Translations under genes and position numbers: made by a program
The notes under the pieces: generated by a model
Told to the model about the DNA's origin: nothing
Databases searched by the model: none
The model's input: the letters and a program-made list of their open reading frames with translations, nothing else
In this document: piece after piece, positions 63,920-64,000 of the stretch
Layout of the letters: every line of letters starts with the position of its first letter
Numbering within the stretch: position 1 is the stretch's first letter
NCBI RefSeq assembly: GCF_016433145.1
Contig: NC_058133.1
Coordinates: 68,605,626-68,669,625 of the forward strand
Direction: 5' to 3'
Length of the DNA: 64,000 nucleotides
DNA from: Gracilinanus agilis
Taxonomy: Eukaryota

Positions 63920-64000
63920 GTGCAGTTTTCAGTTATCCATACTTTGGGACCTCATTTGGGGTTTTTCTGGCAAAGATATTGGAGTGGTTTGCCTTTTCCT
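63920..64000 (-). mobile_element. MAR1/RTE-type tail fragment
   Basis: ctcatttggggtttttctggcaaagatattggagtggtttgcc. Confidence 0.75.

Noticed and set aside
1-64000. CRISPR arrays, rRNA/tRNA genes, endogenous non-retroviral viral genes
   Set aside because: None seen. The tRNA-like A/B boxes belong to SINE heads, and the repeated units are dispersed SINEs rather than repeat-spacer arrays.

Overview
Marsupial genomic DNA, most likely the opossum Monodelphis domestica, judged from SINE1_Mdo-like, MAR1-like and marsupial L1 repeats. It is AT-rich, CpG-poor and has three N-gaps. The window is almost entirely intronic sequence of RABGAP1L (+ strand). One constitutive coding exon is present (34178-34306, TSKEDLLQADFEGALKFFRVQLPKRYRAEENARRLMEQACNIK, the end of the TBC domain). 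About 10 kb upstream, an internal CpG-rich promoter drives an alternative first exon (CDS 23918-24085, MEEGVPC...PRLLA) that splices in phase 0 to that exon, giving a short isoform without most of the TBC domain. I also see a candidate further first exon or 24-nt microexon at 62423-62488 and a pre-miRNA-like hairpin at 60165-60225. The rest is layered transposon debris: L1 (including one 5'-inverted twin-priming copy), L2, L3/CR1, MIR/MAR1, SINE1-type SINEs with intact TSDs, solo LTRs, and hAT and mariner MITEs. There are no prokaryotic features or CRISPR arrays. Most ORFs in the supplied track are spurious or repeat-derived. Repeat family names come from recalled consensus sequences, not from a search, and boundaries of old repeats are approximate.
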